NCBI GenBank assembly: GCA_038887515.1
Contig: JAWAKK010000001.1
Coordinates: 672,001-736,000, forward strand
Length of the DNA: 64,000 bases
Origin: Candidatus Nezhaarchaeales archaeon
GTDB taxonomy: Archaea > Thermoproteota > Methanomethylicia > Nezhaarchaeales > WYZ-LMO8
Direction of reading: 5' to 3'
In this document: piece by piece, positions 49,132 to 57,615 of the stretch
Position numbering within the stretch: position 1 is the first letter of the stretch
How the letters are laid out: each line of letters begins with the position of its first letter
Notes under the pieces: model-generated
Seen by the model: the letters and a program-made list of their open reading frames with translations, nothing else
What the model was told of the DNA's origin: nothing
The model's database searches: none
Position numbers and translations under genes: made by a program

Positions 49132-50103
49132 CTATGATGCTATGGGGATTTTGAGCTTCCTTATAAGCTCTTTGTACCGGTTCCTCACAGTTACCTCAGT
49201 GACTTGAGCTGCCCTAGCTATCTCCTTTTGAGTTTTTCTTTCACCAGTCAGTAGAGACGCTATGTATATAGAGGCTGCAGCTAGGCCGGCTGGATCCTTA
49301 CCTGCTGTTAAGCCGGCTTTTCTAGCTTGCTGTATTATTTCGATGGCTTTCTTCTGTAGCACGCCGCTTAGACCTAGAGAACTAGTGATTCTCGGTACGA
49401 AATCTATCGGGTCTACTATCGGTATGTTAACTTTGACGTGTCTTAGCAATAATCGATAACACCTGGCAACGTCTTTTCTACCAGCTTTAGTGCAATCAGC
49501 TATTTCGTCGAGGGTTCTAGGAATTTTAAGCGTCCTGCAGGCAGCATGTATAGAGGCTGCCATAACCGATTCTATTGAACGCCCCCTAACTAGACCTGCT
49601 CTTACGGCTTCTCTGTAGATCTTCAACGCCTCCTCCTTAACGTTCTGAGGTAGGTTTAACCTGAAGGCTATTCGTTCAAGGTGATTCGTTGCCTGCTGAA
49701 TATTCCTATCTTGTGAAGTTTGGATCCTACTTCTTATCTGCCAGCGTCTCCACCTAGAGACTTCAAAAACCTTTTGAGGACTTAGCTTGTGGCCCGTCGC
49801 ATCCCTAATGGGCCATTGTATAACCGTAGGAGAAACGCCTTCAGCTAATGTAGTGGAGATCGGGGGTCCAACTCTATCCCTCTTTTCCCTCTCTTCTGGC
49901 GTAAAAGCTCTCCACTCCGGGCCTTGATCAATAAGCCTTTCATCTATGACTAAACCGCAATTCATACATGTGAGTTCTCCACGATCATAACTCCTTACTA
50001 TGTTCGAACTACCACATTCTGGGCACCGATCAATACCCTTAAAATCTACATCAGGCTTCTTATCCTCCATCCCCTTTCCAACATACAACTTATTCTCGGC
50101 CAT
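49132..50103 (-). CDS. tfb: Transcription initiation factor IIB
   Basis: CPECGS Zn ribbon, [37 protein letters not shown]. Confidence 0.97.
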   Translation of the reverse strand: MAENKLYVGKGMEDKKPDVDFKGIDRCPECGSSNIVRSYDRGELTCMNCGLVIDERLIDQGPEWRAFTPEEREKRDRVGPPISTTLAEGVSPTVIQWPIRDATGHKLSPQKVFEVSRWRRWQIRSRIQTSQDRNIQQATNHLERIAFRLNLPQNVKEEALKIYREAVRAGLVRGRSIESVMAASIHAACRTLKIPRTLDEIADCTKAGRKDVARCYRLLLRHVKVNIPIVDPIDFVPRITSSLGLSGVLQKKAIEIIQQARKAGLTAGKDPAGLAAASIYIASLLTGERKTQKEIARAAQVTEVTVRNRYKELIRKLKIPIAS

Positions 50104-50318
50104 TCTCTAAACCTCCAAATTTGGTAATTAAATATCCACTTTACATACCATTACCTTAAAATACCCCGGTAAAGGGAGACCTCTACGATTAGAGATATTT
50201 AAATTTTTCTGGTAAATTGAAGAAAACAGGAGAGACTTATATAACCTTTTCGCAACATTTTCCCCAAACGTCGTTAAGGCATTAAGGTTATAAGGAATCC
50301 ACCCTTCTTCTTTAAAAA

Positions 50319-50415
50319 GGGCCCGTGGCGCAGCCCGGATAGCGCGGCGACAACCGTTAAGGTTGCCGTAAGCCTCCTAAGCCGTTGGTCGTGGGTTCAA
50401 ATCCCACCGGGCCCG
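50319..50415 (+). tRNA. tRNA-Arg(CCT) with 22-nt intron at position 29/30 (intron 50350-50371)
   Basis: GGGCCCG/CGGGCCC acceptor stem. Removing ACAACCGTTAAGGTTGCCGTAA restores the anticodon arm GCGGC-CTCCTAA-GCCGT. A BHB motif forms at the junctions; CCA is not encoded. Confidence 0.92.
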
Positions 50416-50493
50416 TCATCTTCACTGCAAAACTTAAAATACTTCCGTATTAAAGCAAATTGACGTTATAGGAGCGAGGGCTGGTGCTAAGGG

Positions 50494-51384
50494 TTGGATG
50501 AGAAGGAGCCCTTAGTCTATATAGATGGACAACTAGTGCCTAAAAGCTCAGCTAAGATCTCCGTGTTCGATCACGGTTTTCTTTATGGCGACGGCGTTTT
50601 TGAGGGCATCATGGTCTACAACGGCGTTGCCTTCAAGCTCAAAGAGCATGTCGATAGGCTCTACGACTCTGCGAGAGCGCTATGTATAGACATACCCATG
50701 AAGGAGGAGGAAATGATAAAGACCATTGTAAACGTTATTCGCGCGAACGGCTTCAAGAATGCTTACGTAAGGGTAATAGTCACGAGGGGCGTTGGGGACT
50801 TAGGATTGGATCCTAGAAAGTGCTCTAAACCGACGATAGTCATCATAGTGGACAAGATAAAGCTATTTGATGACGAGGTGTGGAAGAGGGGCATTACTGC
50901 TATAATATCGTCCGTTAGGCGCGACAGCGTTGACGCTACAACTCATGAAATAAAATCGATGAACTACTTGAATAGCATATTAGCTAAGATAGAGGCCAAT
51001 GCCGTGGGAGCCGATGAAGCGATAATGCTTGACGAGAGGGGGTTTGTAGCCGAAGGAACTGGCGAGAACGTATTCATCGTTAAAAATGGAGTGATATATA
51101 CGCCTTCAAGGGCGAGCGGTATACTACCGGGTATCACCAGGGCTAGGGTTATAAAGCTCGCTGAAGAGATGGGGTATAAGGTCGTTGAAAGGGATATAAC
51201 GCCGGCTGAATTACTAACTGCAGACGAAGTTTTCTTAACGGGTACAGCTGCTGGCATAGTCCCGGTTACCAAGATAGCTGGAAGAACTATAGGAGATGGC
51301 AAGCCAGGGCCGATTACGAGAAAGCTCATAGAGAAGTTTAGAGAGCTTAGAGAAGACCCTTCAGAAGGAGTCAAAATTTTTTGA
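50494..51384 (+). CDS. ilvE: Branched-chain amino acid aminotransferase
   Basis: DHGFLYGDGVFEG, K.MNYL, EGTGENVF, GILPGITR, ADEVFLTGTAA. Confidence 0.95.
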   Translation: MDEKEPLVYIDGQLVPKSSAKISVFDHGFLYGDGVFEGIMVYNGVAFKLKEHVDRLYDSARALCIDIPMKEEEMIKTIVNVIRANGFKNAYVRVIVTRGVGDLGLDPRKCSKPTIVIIVDKIKLFDDEVWKRGITAIISSVRRDSVDATTHEIKSMNYLNSILAKIEANAVGADEAIMLDERGFVAEGTGENVFIVKNGVIYTPSRASGILPGITRARVIKLAEEMGYKVVERDITPAELLTADEVFLTGTAAGIVPVTKIAGRTIGDGKPGPITRKLIEKFRELREDPSEGVKIF

Positions 51385-51409
51385 GCAATAAAGAGAGTAA
51401 AGAAGTTTG

Positions 51410-52120
51410 TTAAGTAAATACTTCAGTACGCTGGTAGAAGGGCTGAACGGAAGCTACAACCTCTATCGGAAACGGATGCTCCGCTCTCAGGTTCTGGACT
51501 ACCTCCTCGCCAACACTAACTAGAGCAAAAACACCAGCCACGTTAGCCTTCAACTTCTTAACTATATTTATGAGAGCTTGAATGGTACTTCCTGTCCTTA
51601 TGAGGTCGTCAACTATTAGAACGTCATCCCTACTAGTTATCGAAGTCTTAGAAACGTAGAGCGAAGTTACGTAGGGGCCAGTCGGGTACGACTCTTCTAT
51701 ATAGTCCCTGACGCCCATTTCCTTAGTCCTCTTAGCTACTACCAAGGGTACTTCAAGTAAAAGAGATATGGAAGTGGCTATGGGGACTCCATTGACGGCA
51801 GGAGCCAATACCTTTGTTATCCTCTTACCCGCAAACTTCATCATCACGTAATGCGATGCCCTCATGAGGATTAAAGGGTCGTTGACTATGTTAGTTGTGT
51901 CAACATAACCGTACGGATCCACGGATATCTTTTCATATATTACTTGGTCAAACTGCTCAATCTTATCTAAGGAGTCCCAAAGCTTCTTGGCAGTATCATC
52001 CCCTGGAAGAACGTCCCCCTTAACGTACCTACAGAGGACTGTTTCGGGAATTCCGGTTCTTCTGGCAAGTTCACTATAAGAATAAAACTTTTTTAATAAC
52101 CTCAACCTTTCAATGGTCAT
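51410..52120 (-). CDS. HTH-phosphoribosyltransferase (archaeal PurR-like/APRT-family regulator)
   Basis: N-terminal HTH (YSYSELARRTGIPETVLCRYVKG) plus PRPP-binding VLIVDDLIRTGST. Confidence 0.85.
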   Translation of the reverse strand: MTIERLRLLKKFYSYSELARRTGIPETVLCRYVKGDVLPGDDTAKKLWDSLDKIEQFDQVIYEKISVDPYGYVDTTNIVNDPLILMRASHYVMMKFAGKRITKVLAPAVNGVPIATSISLLLEVPLVVAKRTKEMGVRDYIEESYPTGPYVTSLYVSKTSITSRDDVLIVDDLIRTGSTIQALINIVKKLKANVAGVFALVSVGEEVVQNLRAEHPFPIEVVASVQPFYQRTEVFT

Positions 52121-52469
52121 GAACCTAAACCTTAAGCTGGCCTCGCGCCTTCTCGTAAGTACCTGCCCCCAAGTAATGTTCGACTTTATGGTCTTCTACG
52201 TAATACTTGATATTTATAAAATGCTTTTTAATTTTTACCCTTAAAAGCCCTAATTTACATAAAAAGTATCGGTACTGATGTGCTTCCCCACATAAAACTT
52301 TATGTAACATGAAGCGAGGGGGCCCGCTTTTAGGTCGACAATGTAAAGGTTTGAATACCTACGTGCAATCGTTTCAACGCACGATTTTCAAGTAATGTAA
52401 AGAGCTTTGACGTGATGTTCATTTATTTGAAGTAAAGTTTATTGGGATCCTTCTAAAGGAGTTTTCCCT

Positions 52470-52550
52470 ATGGGAGGGAGACAAAGGACGACGCTACTGG
52501 AGATTTTTGAAGAGAAGAAGAGTGGAACCGAGAAAAAAGCTAAAAAGTAG
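52470..52550 (+). CDS. Candidate 26-aa micro-protein MGGRQRTTLLEIFEEKKSGTEKKAKK
   Basis: AAGGAG Shine-Dalgarno 8 nt before ATG; purine-rich, coding-like composition; ends TAG. Confidence 0.35.
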   Translation: MGGRQRTTLLEIFEEKKSGTEKKAKK

Positions 52551-52582
52551 AAAGCCGTGAAAAATAAAAATGCGAAGTGTAA

Positions 52583-52602
52583 GGGGGGGGGGGGGGGGGG
52601 GG
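52583..52602 (+). repeat. G20 homopolymer tract
   Basis: Twenty consecutive G, 30 nt upstream of ATG 52633. Confidence 0.9.
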
Positions 52603-52632
52603 TCAACCGGAATTAATGAAAGGAGTAAGGGA

Positions 52633-53619
52633 ATGTCTCAGAAGCACAACGCCGTGGCAGAGAAGCTCTCAGAATATTGTAGATCTAATAAAGCTATAAC
52701 CTCTTTCCTACAAGAAATGGTCCTAAGAGGTATTAGCGAAATAAGACCTATCATATCGAGTAACGTAGAATACCCCGAACTTTCAGAATTCTTTGGCAAA
52801 GAAGCCAGTAAGATGCTTGAAGTGATGATTAGGGATGGCATACTTAAAGGCGTGGTCGTTGATAGGATATTGATGTGCCCCGAGTGCAACGCAATAACAG
52901 TAAGGACGCGCTACTTATGTCCTAGCTGTAAGAGCTTTAACGTTGAGCGTGTCTCGCTTATAGAGCACATAATTTGCGGCTTTATTGGATCAAACAGGCT
53001 ATTCAAGAAAGGTGAAAGCGAAGTGTGTCCACGCTGTGGCCGTACCTTAAAGAGGGCTCAAGTGGACTGGAGGATCATAGGTATGACCTTTGAATGCTAC
53101 GATTGCGGACTCATGTTTGATGAGCCCAAGATAGCCCACAAGTGTCTACCAAACGGTCACGAATTCGACCCAACGAATTCGAAGTACGAAGCCGTTTACA
53201 AGTACGTGATCAAAGACGAGGTCGTGAAAATGGTACAAGAAGGCTTCCTGGTAACTTCTACCATTCATCAAGTCCTCGCATCGTCAGGATACGAAGTCCA
53301 TGTCGACGGGGCCGTAAGAGGCCTTTCTGGCGTCGACCATAGATTTAACGTCGTAGGATCAAAGGACGGAAAGTTGACAGTAATCGAAACTAGCAACTTG
53401 CAATCGGGCAGAGAGCAGTTAATGCAGATGGTCGCTAAGGTCATAGACACCAAACCTTCGCGAGCACTATTAGTAGTGCTTTCTCAAAGCGAAGAGGGTT
53501 TAAGAGAGCTTGAATCTCTTGCCTCATCGTTAAACATACGACTTATTGCGGTCAAAAACTTAATGGAAATAGGGGAAGCTATCCGGCGGATATTAAGTGA
53601 GGAAAGCGAAAAATCTTAA
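52633..53619 (+). CDS. TackOD1-like multi-Zn-ribbon domain fused to a degenerate restriction-endonuclease-like domain
   Basis: CPEC, CPSC, IEH..CG, CPRC, CYDC, C..GH; C-term V.G.SG..H.F[N]V...VIE. AGGAG SD precedes ATG 52633. Confidence 0.75.
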   Translation: MSQKHNAVAEKLSEYCRSNKAITSFLQEMVLRGISEIRPIISSNVEYPELSEFFGKEASKMLEVMIRDGILKGVVVDRILMCPECNAITVRTRYLCPSCKSFNVERVSLIEHIICGFIGSNRLFKKGESEVCPRCGRTLKRAQVDWRIIGMTFECYDCGLMFDEPKIAHKCLPNGHEFDPTNSKYEAVYKYVIKDEVVKMVQEGFLVTSTIHQVLASSGYEVHVDGAVRGLSGVDHRFNVVGSKDGKLTVIETSNLQSGREQLMQMVAKVIDTKPSRALLVVLSQSEEGLRELESLASSLNIRLIAVKNLMEIGEAIRRILSEESEKS

Positions 53620-53623
53620 GAAC

Positions 53624-54484
53624 CTACAGTAGCTGCGTAAAGACTAAGATCAGTACCGCCAACATCAATGCCGAGTGCCTCAACCCAGTTAACATAGACC
53701 CCTTAGATATCTTTCCTATTGCAAGCCCAGCAGCTATGGCCTCTATTACCCCGCAATAGAAAAATATGGCTTTGTAGAAATCGATGCCCCTAAATCCCTT
53801 AACTATCTCTCCAAAACCCTCCGTAAGCGTTAGGGGGGTTACTAGCTGAGTCATCAGTATGTAGACCGTTAACAGGTACACCACAAAGCTTACGTACATG
53901 ATCCAGGTGTAGGACTTGAGCTCTGTCTCCTTCTCAGTTTCGTACGATTCCAAAGCTGAGTGTAATGTGAGGAAGGATTGAAGAATGTTTAGGGCTTTAG
54001 CTCCACTCCTCATAACCTCTACGAGTAGTATAGATACCTTATCCATGAGCGGGGTCCTAGCCATCTTAGCTATGTCAATTATCGAAATTTCAGGGTCGAA
54101 CCCTAACATCATCTTGGCGACTACTCTATTCAACTCCTTTGAAAGTGGACCGTAACGGTTTTTAGCGCACTCTTTAAGGGCAATCGTCAATGGAACGCCA
54201 GTCCTCACGTAATCTACTAAGTCCCTGATGAATTGGGAGACGCCTTTCTCAATCCCTCTCTTCCATCTATGCTCAAGGTCTTCAACCACTCCAACTATAA
54301 GGCACAAGACCAAGATCCCTACACAGAATATAGAGTTGACCAGTTGGCTAGTAGGTATGAATATTGGAGGGGCGGGAGTGTAAAGCTTCAGGTAGAATGG
54401 CAAGTAGAATATCGCCACGGCAGATGCAATGGCCACAAAGTAAGTAGCCGCCTTCTGGCGGGGAGAGAAGAAGCGCCCGTTCAT
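53624..54484 (-). CDS. Type IV pilus platform protein (TadC/T2SS-F family)
   Basis: FIRDL...RTG.PL..AL, YGPLSKEL, GKISKGSM..GL.H. Confidence 0.85.
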   Translation of the reverse strand: MNGRFFSPRQKAATYFVAIASAVAIFYLPFYLKLYTPAPPIFIPTSQLVNSIFCVGILVLCLIVGVVEDLEHRWKRGIEKGVSQFIRDLVDYVRTGVPLTIALKECAKNRYGPLSKELNRVVAKMMLGFDPEISIIDIAKMARTPLMDKVSILLVEVMRSGAKALNILQSFLTLHSALESYETEKETELKSYTWIMYVSFVVYLLTVYILMTQLVTPLTLTEGFGEIVKGFRGIDFYKAIFFYCGVIEAIAAGLAIGKISKGSMLTGLRHSALMLAVLILVFTQLL

Positions 54485-54487
54485 GGC

Positions 54488-55378
54488 TTACACCGACGAA
54501 AGCGCCTTGTCCATCAATACCAACACTATGGCCGCGAGTACCGGCATCAATACGAATGCTGTAAGCATAGTTACTGAGACCGGGTCAACGCCGAAGAGTT
54601 GTTGGCCGAGCATGGCCACTATGATCAGTATGGTTATGATAATTATTGGACCTACTATAACCAAGGCTACGTACATCTCGGATAGATATCCCATAGCCGT
54701 CAGGACCTTGCGTAGAGTTGATCTCCTGAACTCTACGAGACTTTTCGCGTAGTCCATTAAGTACCCCGATACGTCTCCGCTCGAGCCTATGACGGTTGAG
54801 AGTCCTTCCAATAGTGTCTTCAAATGAATCGAGGGGGACCTATTGGCTGCTTCGTATAGGGCTTTTATGGGATCTACGTTGAATATAGCCATCTGTCTAA
54901 GTATAAAGCAGAACGTGTTTTTAATGGCTTTCTCGCTCTCGATCTCCACGGTCCTCCTGATCAAGGTCTCGATAGTTGTTCCAGCTGAAGCCAGCGCAGC
55001 CATGTACTCCACAGTATATGGGAGGGCTCTGTCTATTCTAAAAGCCAAGTTCTTGGACCTTACATAAGGGTAGTATGCGCCTACCGTAAAAGTGACCGAG
55101 AAGCCTAGGATAGCCCATACAACTACGAGCACCAGCACATAGAGCATGGGTAGGCCCAGCACTAGGGCGTTGACTATAAAGGAAACAATGGCCGAGGCTA
55201 CGCAGACCATTATGCTCATGAAGACGACTGCTGAGGCGTAAGCCGGAAATGGAATGCCCATCTGAGCCTTAAGGTACCTCTCCCTTACGAAGGAGATGAA
55301 TGGAGAATTTGAGCTAGGCTTAAAGAGCCTGTAACTGAATGAGGATATGGCTTCGAGGAGACCGTTTCCCTTCGACAT
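54488..55378 (-). CDS. Type IV pilus platform protein (TadB/TadC, T2SS-F family)
   Basis: IDRALPY...MAALASAG, D...AL..AA..SPS, SEMYV. Confidence 0.85.
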   Translation of the reverse strand: MSKGNGLLEAISSFSYRLFKPSSNSPFISFVRERYLKAQMGIPFPAYASAVVFMSIMVCVASAIVSFIVNALVLGLPMLYVLVLVVVWAILGFSVTFTVGAYYPYVRSKNLAFRIDRALPYTVEYMAALASAGTTIETLIRRTVEIESEKAIKNTFCFILRQMAIFNVDPIKALYEAANRSPSIHLKTLLEGLSTVIGSSGDVSGYLMDYAKSLVEFRRSTLRKVLTAMGYLSEMYVALVIVGPIIIITILIIVAMLGQQLFGVDPVSVTMLTAFVLMPVLAAIVLVLMDKALSSV

Positions 55379-55386
55379 GGCCTCAC

Positions 55387-56907
55387 CTAAGGGGTAGCTA
55401 CCAACTTTAGCAACTCACTCCTAGCCCTCTCGTAGGTTTCTCGAGGCTTTAAGTAGTAGCTTCTAATAACCTTGGCTACGTCGTCGTGCCTCGATAGGTC
55501 CTTCTTCAACATCCATTCAAGCACAACCTTCCTGTTCTCTAGTTCACTCGTAACGTTATCAAAACCTAGCCTCTTGACTATGATGCTGCCATCTGCTATC
55601 AACCTAGTGAAGGAATCGGTAAGCGGATCCCAACGATATATGGGATTTATCATGATTTCCCCGCTTCTAGGGTCTATCCCCGTGACCTCGTTTACCTCTA
55701 TAACCCTTCTAACCGTAACCCCTCTCACTTTTCTTCTAGCAACTAGTATTATGGTTTCAATCATTGGTATAAGTTCTCTAGGAACATTCATAGGCTTAGA
55801 CTCGAGCCTCCTTATGGCCGCCTCTATGTTTTCAGCGTGTATGGTGCATAGACCTCCGTGGCCTGTAGCCACGGCTTGAAAGAGAGCGTAGGCTTCTTCG
55901 CCCCTGACTTCGCCGACGATTATGTAGTCGGGCCTTTGCCTTAAAGCGGACTTTAATAGGTCGAACGCCGATATCTCTGGGGCTCCATCGGTCGTGCTGG
56001 GCCTAGTAACTAAAGGGACCCAGTTCTCATGTGGGAGCATTAGCTCCCTCGTTTCCTCTATAGTTATTACCTTGGCTTCAGGCCTTATCAGGGCGGCTAT
56101 AGCGTTTAGGAGAGTAGTCTTGCCGGACGCAGTTGCACCGCAAATAAGCATAGACCTCATTTGCTCGACCATAATCCATAGGTAAGCTGCTACTTCGCTC
56201 GACAAAGTACCTAACTTTATTAGGTCTATTATAGTAAACTTTTCAGGCCTATACTTCCTAATGGTAAAGGTCGACCCCCTCTTAGAGACCACGTCTAGGG
56301 TTAGGTGGACTCGATGTCCTTCAGGTAGCACGCCATCGATGACCGGCCTTGCAATGGAAACCTGCTGCTTAGCCTTAAACGACAGGGTCATGACGAAGGA
56401 GTTTAGTTCCTCCTCACTTTCAAAGGATACGTTCGTTGGAAGCTCCTCGTACTTTACGTGCCAAACGTATATTGGGATCCCGACGCCAGCGCAGCTTATA
56501 TCTTCGATGTTGGGATCCCTAACTATGCCGTCTATCTTTCCGTAGCCCAGCAGGTCCCTAACTATGTAATAAAGTATCTTATCTAGGGCTTCTGAGGCCA
56601 CCTTGAAGCCGTACTTCTTAATAACTTTCTTAGTTGCTTGGACTATGAAGGACCTCGCCTTTTCCGGGTCTTCTACGTCCTCTACGTCTACGTCAACCGA
56701 CTCCTTGATGAACTCCTTGACCCTACGTACTACCTCCACCTCGTCCTGTAGAAGCGTTGGCTCTACGACTTCGTACCTAAGCTTCCCGACGGGATCCATT
56801 ACTATAGCTATGTGGCAGAAGGGGGGATTCACGGCGTAGAAGTCTCTTAAACGAGCTAGCTCAACTTGTTCTAAGCCCTTAGAGTCTCCAGCCCGCTTAA
56901 TACTCAT
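55387..56907 (-). CDS. Type II/IV secretion ATPase (archaeal pilus assembly ATPase, ArlI/VirB11 family)
   Basis: Y.VVEP, DPNIEDISC, FTIRK, GATASGKTT, IEETREL, ALRQRPDYIIVGEVRG.EA, TGHGG..TIHA. Confidence 0.93.
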   Translation of the reverse strand: MSIKRAGDSKGLEQVELARLRDFYAVNPPFCHIAIVMDPVGKLRYEVVEPTLLQDEVEVVRRVKEFIKESVDVDVEDVEDPEKARSFIVQATKKVIKKYGFKVASEALDKILYYIVRDLLGYGKIDGIVRDPNIEDISCAGVGIPIYVWHVKYEELPTNVSFESEEELNSFVMTLSFKAKQQVSIARPVIDGVLPEGHRVHLTLDVVSKRGSTFTIRKYRPEKFTIIDLIKLGTLSSEVAAYLWIMVEQMRSMLICGATASGKTTLLNAIAALIRPEAKVITIEETRELMLPHENWVPLVTRPSTTDGAPEISAFDLLKSALRQRPDYIIVGEVRGEEAYALFQAVATGHGGLCTIHAENIEAAIRRLESKPMNVPRELIPMIETIILVARRKVRGVTVRRVIEVNEVTGIDPRSGEIMINPIYRWDPLTDSFTRLIADGSIIVKRLGFDNVTSELENRKVVLEWMLKKDLSRHDDVAKVIRSYYLKPRETYERARSELLKLVATP

Positions 56908-56987
56908 CCTAAAGCGCCTAGAAAAATCTAGAAGGCGAAGCTCAAAACTTTTCCGGAGCGAGTAAAGCCTAGCAGACGAGTTCTTTT

Positions 56988-57029
56988 AACGATAGATTTA
57001 TTTAAATGGTATCGCAAATTATTATCGTT
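56988..57029. promoter_or_regulatory. Pilin promoter with inverted repeat AACGATA...TATCGTT flanking the TATA box
   Basis: AACGATA 56988-94, TTTATTTAAA, TATCG 57010-14, TATCGTT 57023-29, then SD GGTGA. Confidence 0.35.
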
Positions 57030-57040
57030 CGGTGAACACC

Positions 57041-57469
57041 ATGAAGAAGGTTAAAGGGGTCTCCCCCATAGTAGCAGTACTATTACTCATAGTCATAGCT
57101 GTAGCGGCAGCTGCAATGACGTATGGCTTCGTAATGGGCTTCATAGGTGGAGCCGCAACAACTACAACAACGACGCAAGCAATGATAAGGGTAGAAGCAG
57201 TAGATGCCACTACTGGTACTGATGCCACAGTATACGTTAGGAACATAGGCTCCATCCCTGTAACTGTCGACTTCATATATGTGTACCACGCTAATGGAAC
57301 CCTCATGAGTACACAACGGCTTTCGACTTCGATCACGATTCCTCCGGGTAATGTAGGTATAGTTTATGTCGATGGCCTAGATTTAAGTGGAGGGGTTACG
57401 TACTACGTCAAGGTAACGACCAAGGAAGGAGCTATCGCGACATCGGAGCCCTTTAAAGTTAAAAGCTAG
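57041..57469 (+). CDS. Archaeal type IV (major) pilin
   Basis: Class III signal MKKVKG|VSPIVAVLLLIVIAVAAA, Thr-rich linker, VYVRNIG...YYVKVTTKEG; GGTGA SD before ATG 57041. Confidence 0.9.
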   Translation: MKKVKGVSPIVAVLLLIVIAVAAAAMTYGFVMGFIGGAATTTTTTQAMIRVEAVDATTGTDATVYVRNIGSIPVTVDFIYVYHANGTLMSTQRLSTSITIPPGNVGIVYVDGLDLSGGVTYYVKVTTKEGAIATSEPFKVKS

Positions 57470-57530
57470 CCCGTAGTAGTGTGAGTAATACTATACGCAG
57501 TTACTATAGTGTTTCGGGTCTAGCTTTTTT
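57461..57530 (+). terminator. Long imperfect hairpin plus U-tract after the major pilin gene
   Basis: AAAAGCTAG-CCCG pairs with CGGG-t-CTAGCTTTT; inner TAGTAG-TGTG pairs with CGCA-g-TTACTA; ends in T6. Confidence 0.55.
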
Positions 57531-57615
57531 AACATACAATCAATTTTTCCTCCTTGTTATGTTTACCACAATAGTTATACCTAAAGCTGTTATAAAGAAG
57601 GATTTAGCGACGCCT

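Noticed and set aside
52313-52386. Short alternative hairpins (AAGCG/CGCTT; CGTGC/GCACG vs AATCGT/ACGATT) as a riboswitch
   Set aside because: The 5-6-bp stems are expected by chance and match no known aptamer.
52570-52632. Poly-glycine N-terminal extension of the TackOD1 protein
   Set aside because: Produced by the G20 tract; a good SD precedes ATG 52633.
57481-57615. 45-aa N-terminal extension of the large pilin
   Set aside because: It overlaps the hairpin/U-tract, and the class III signal peptide requires a start at ATG 57616.
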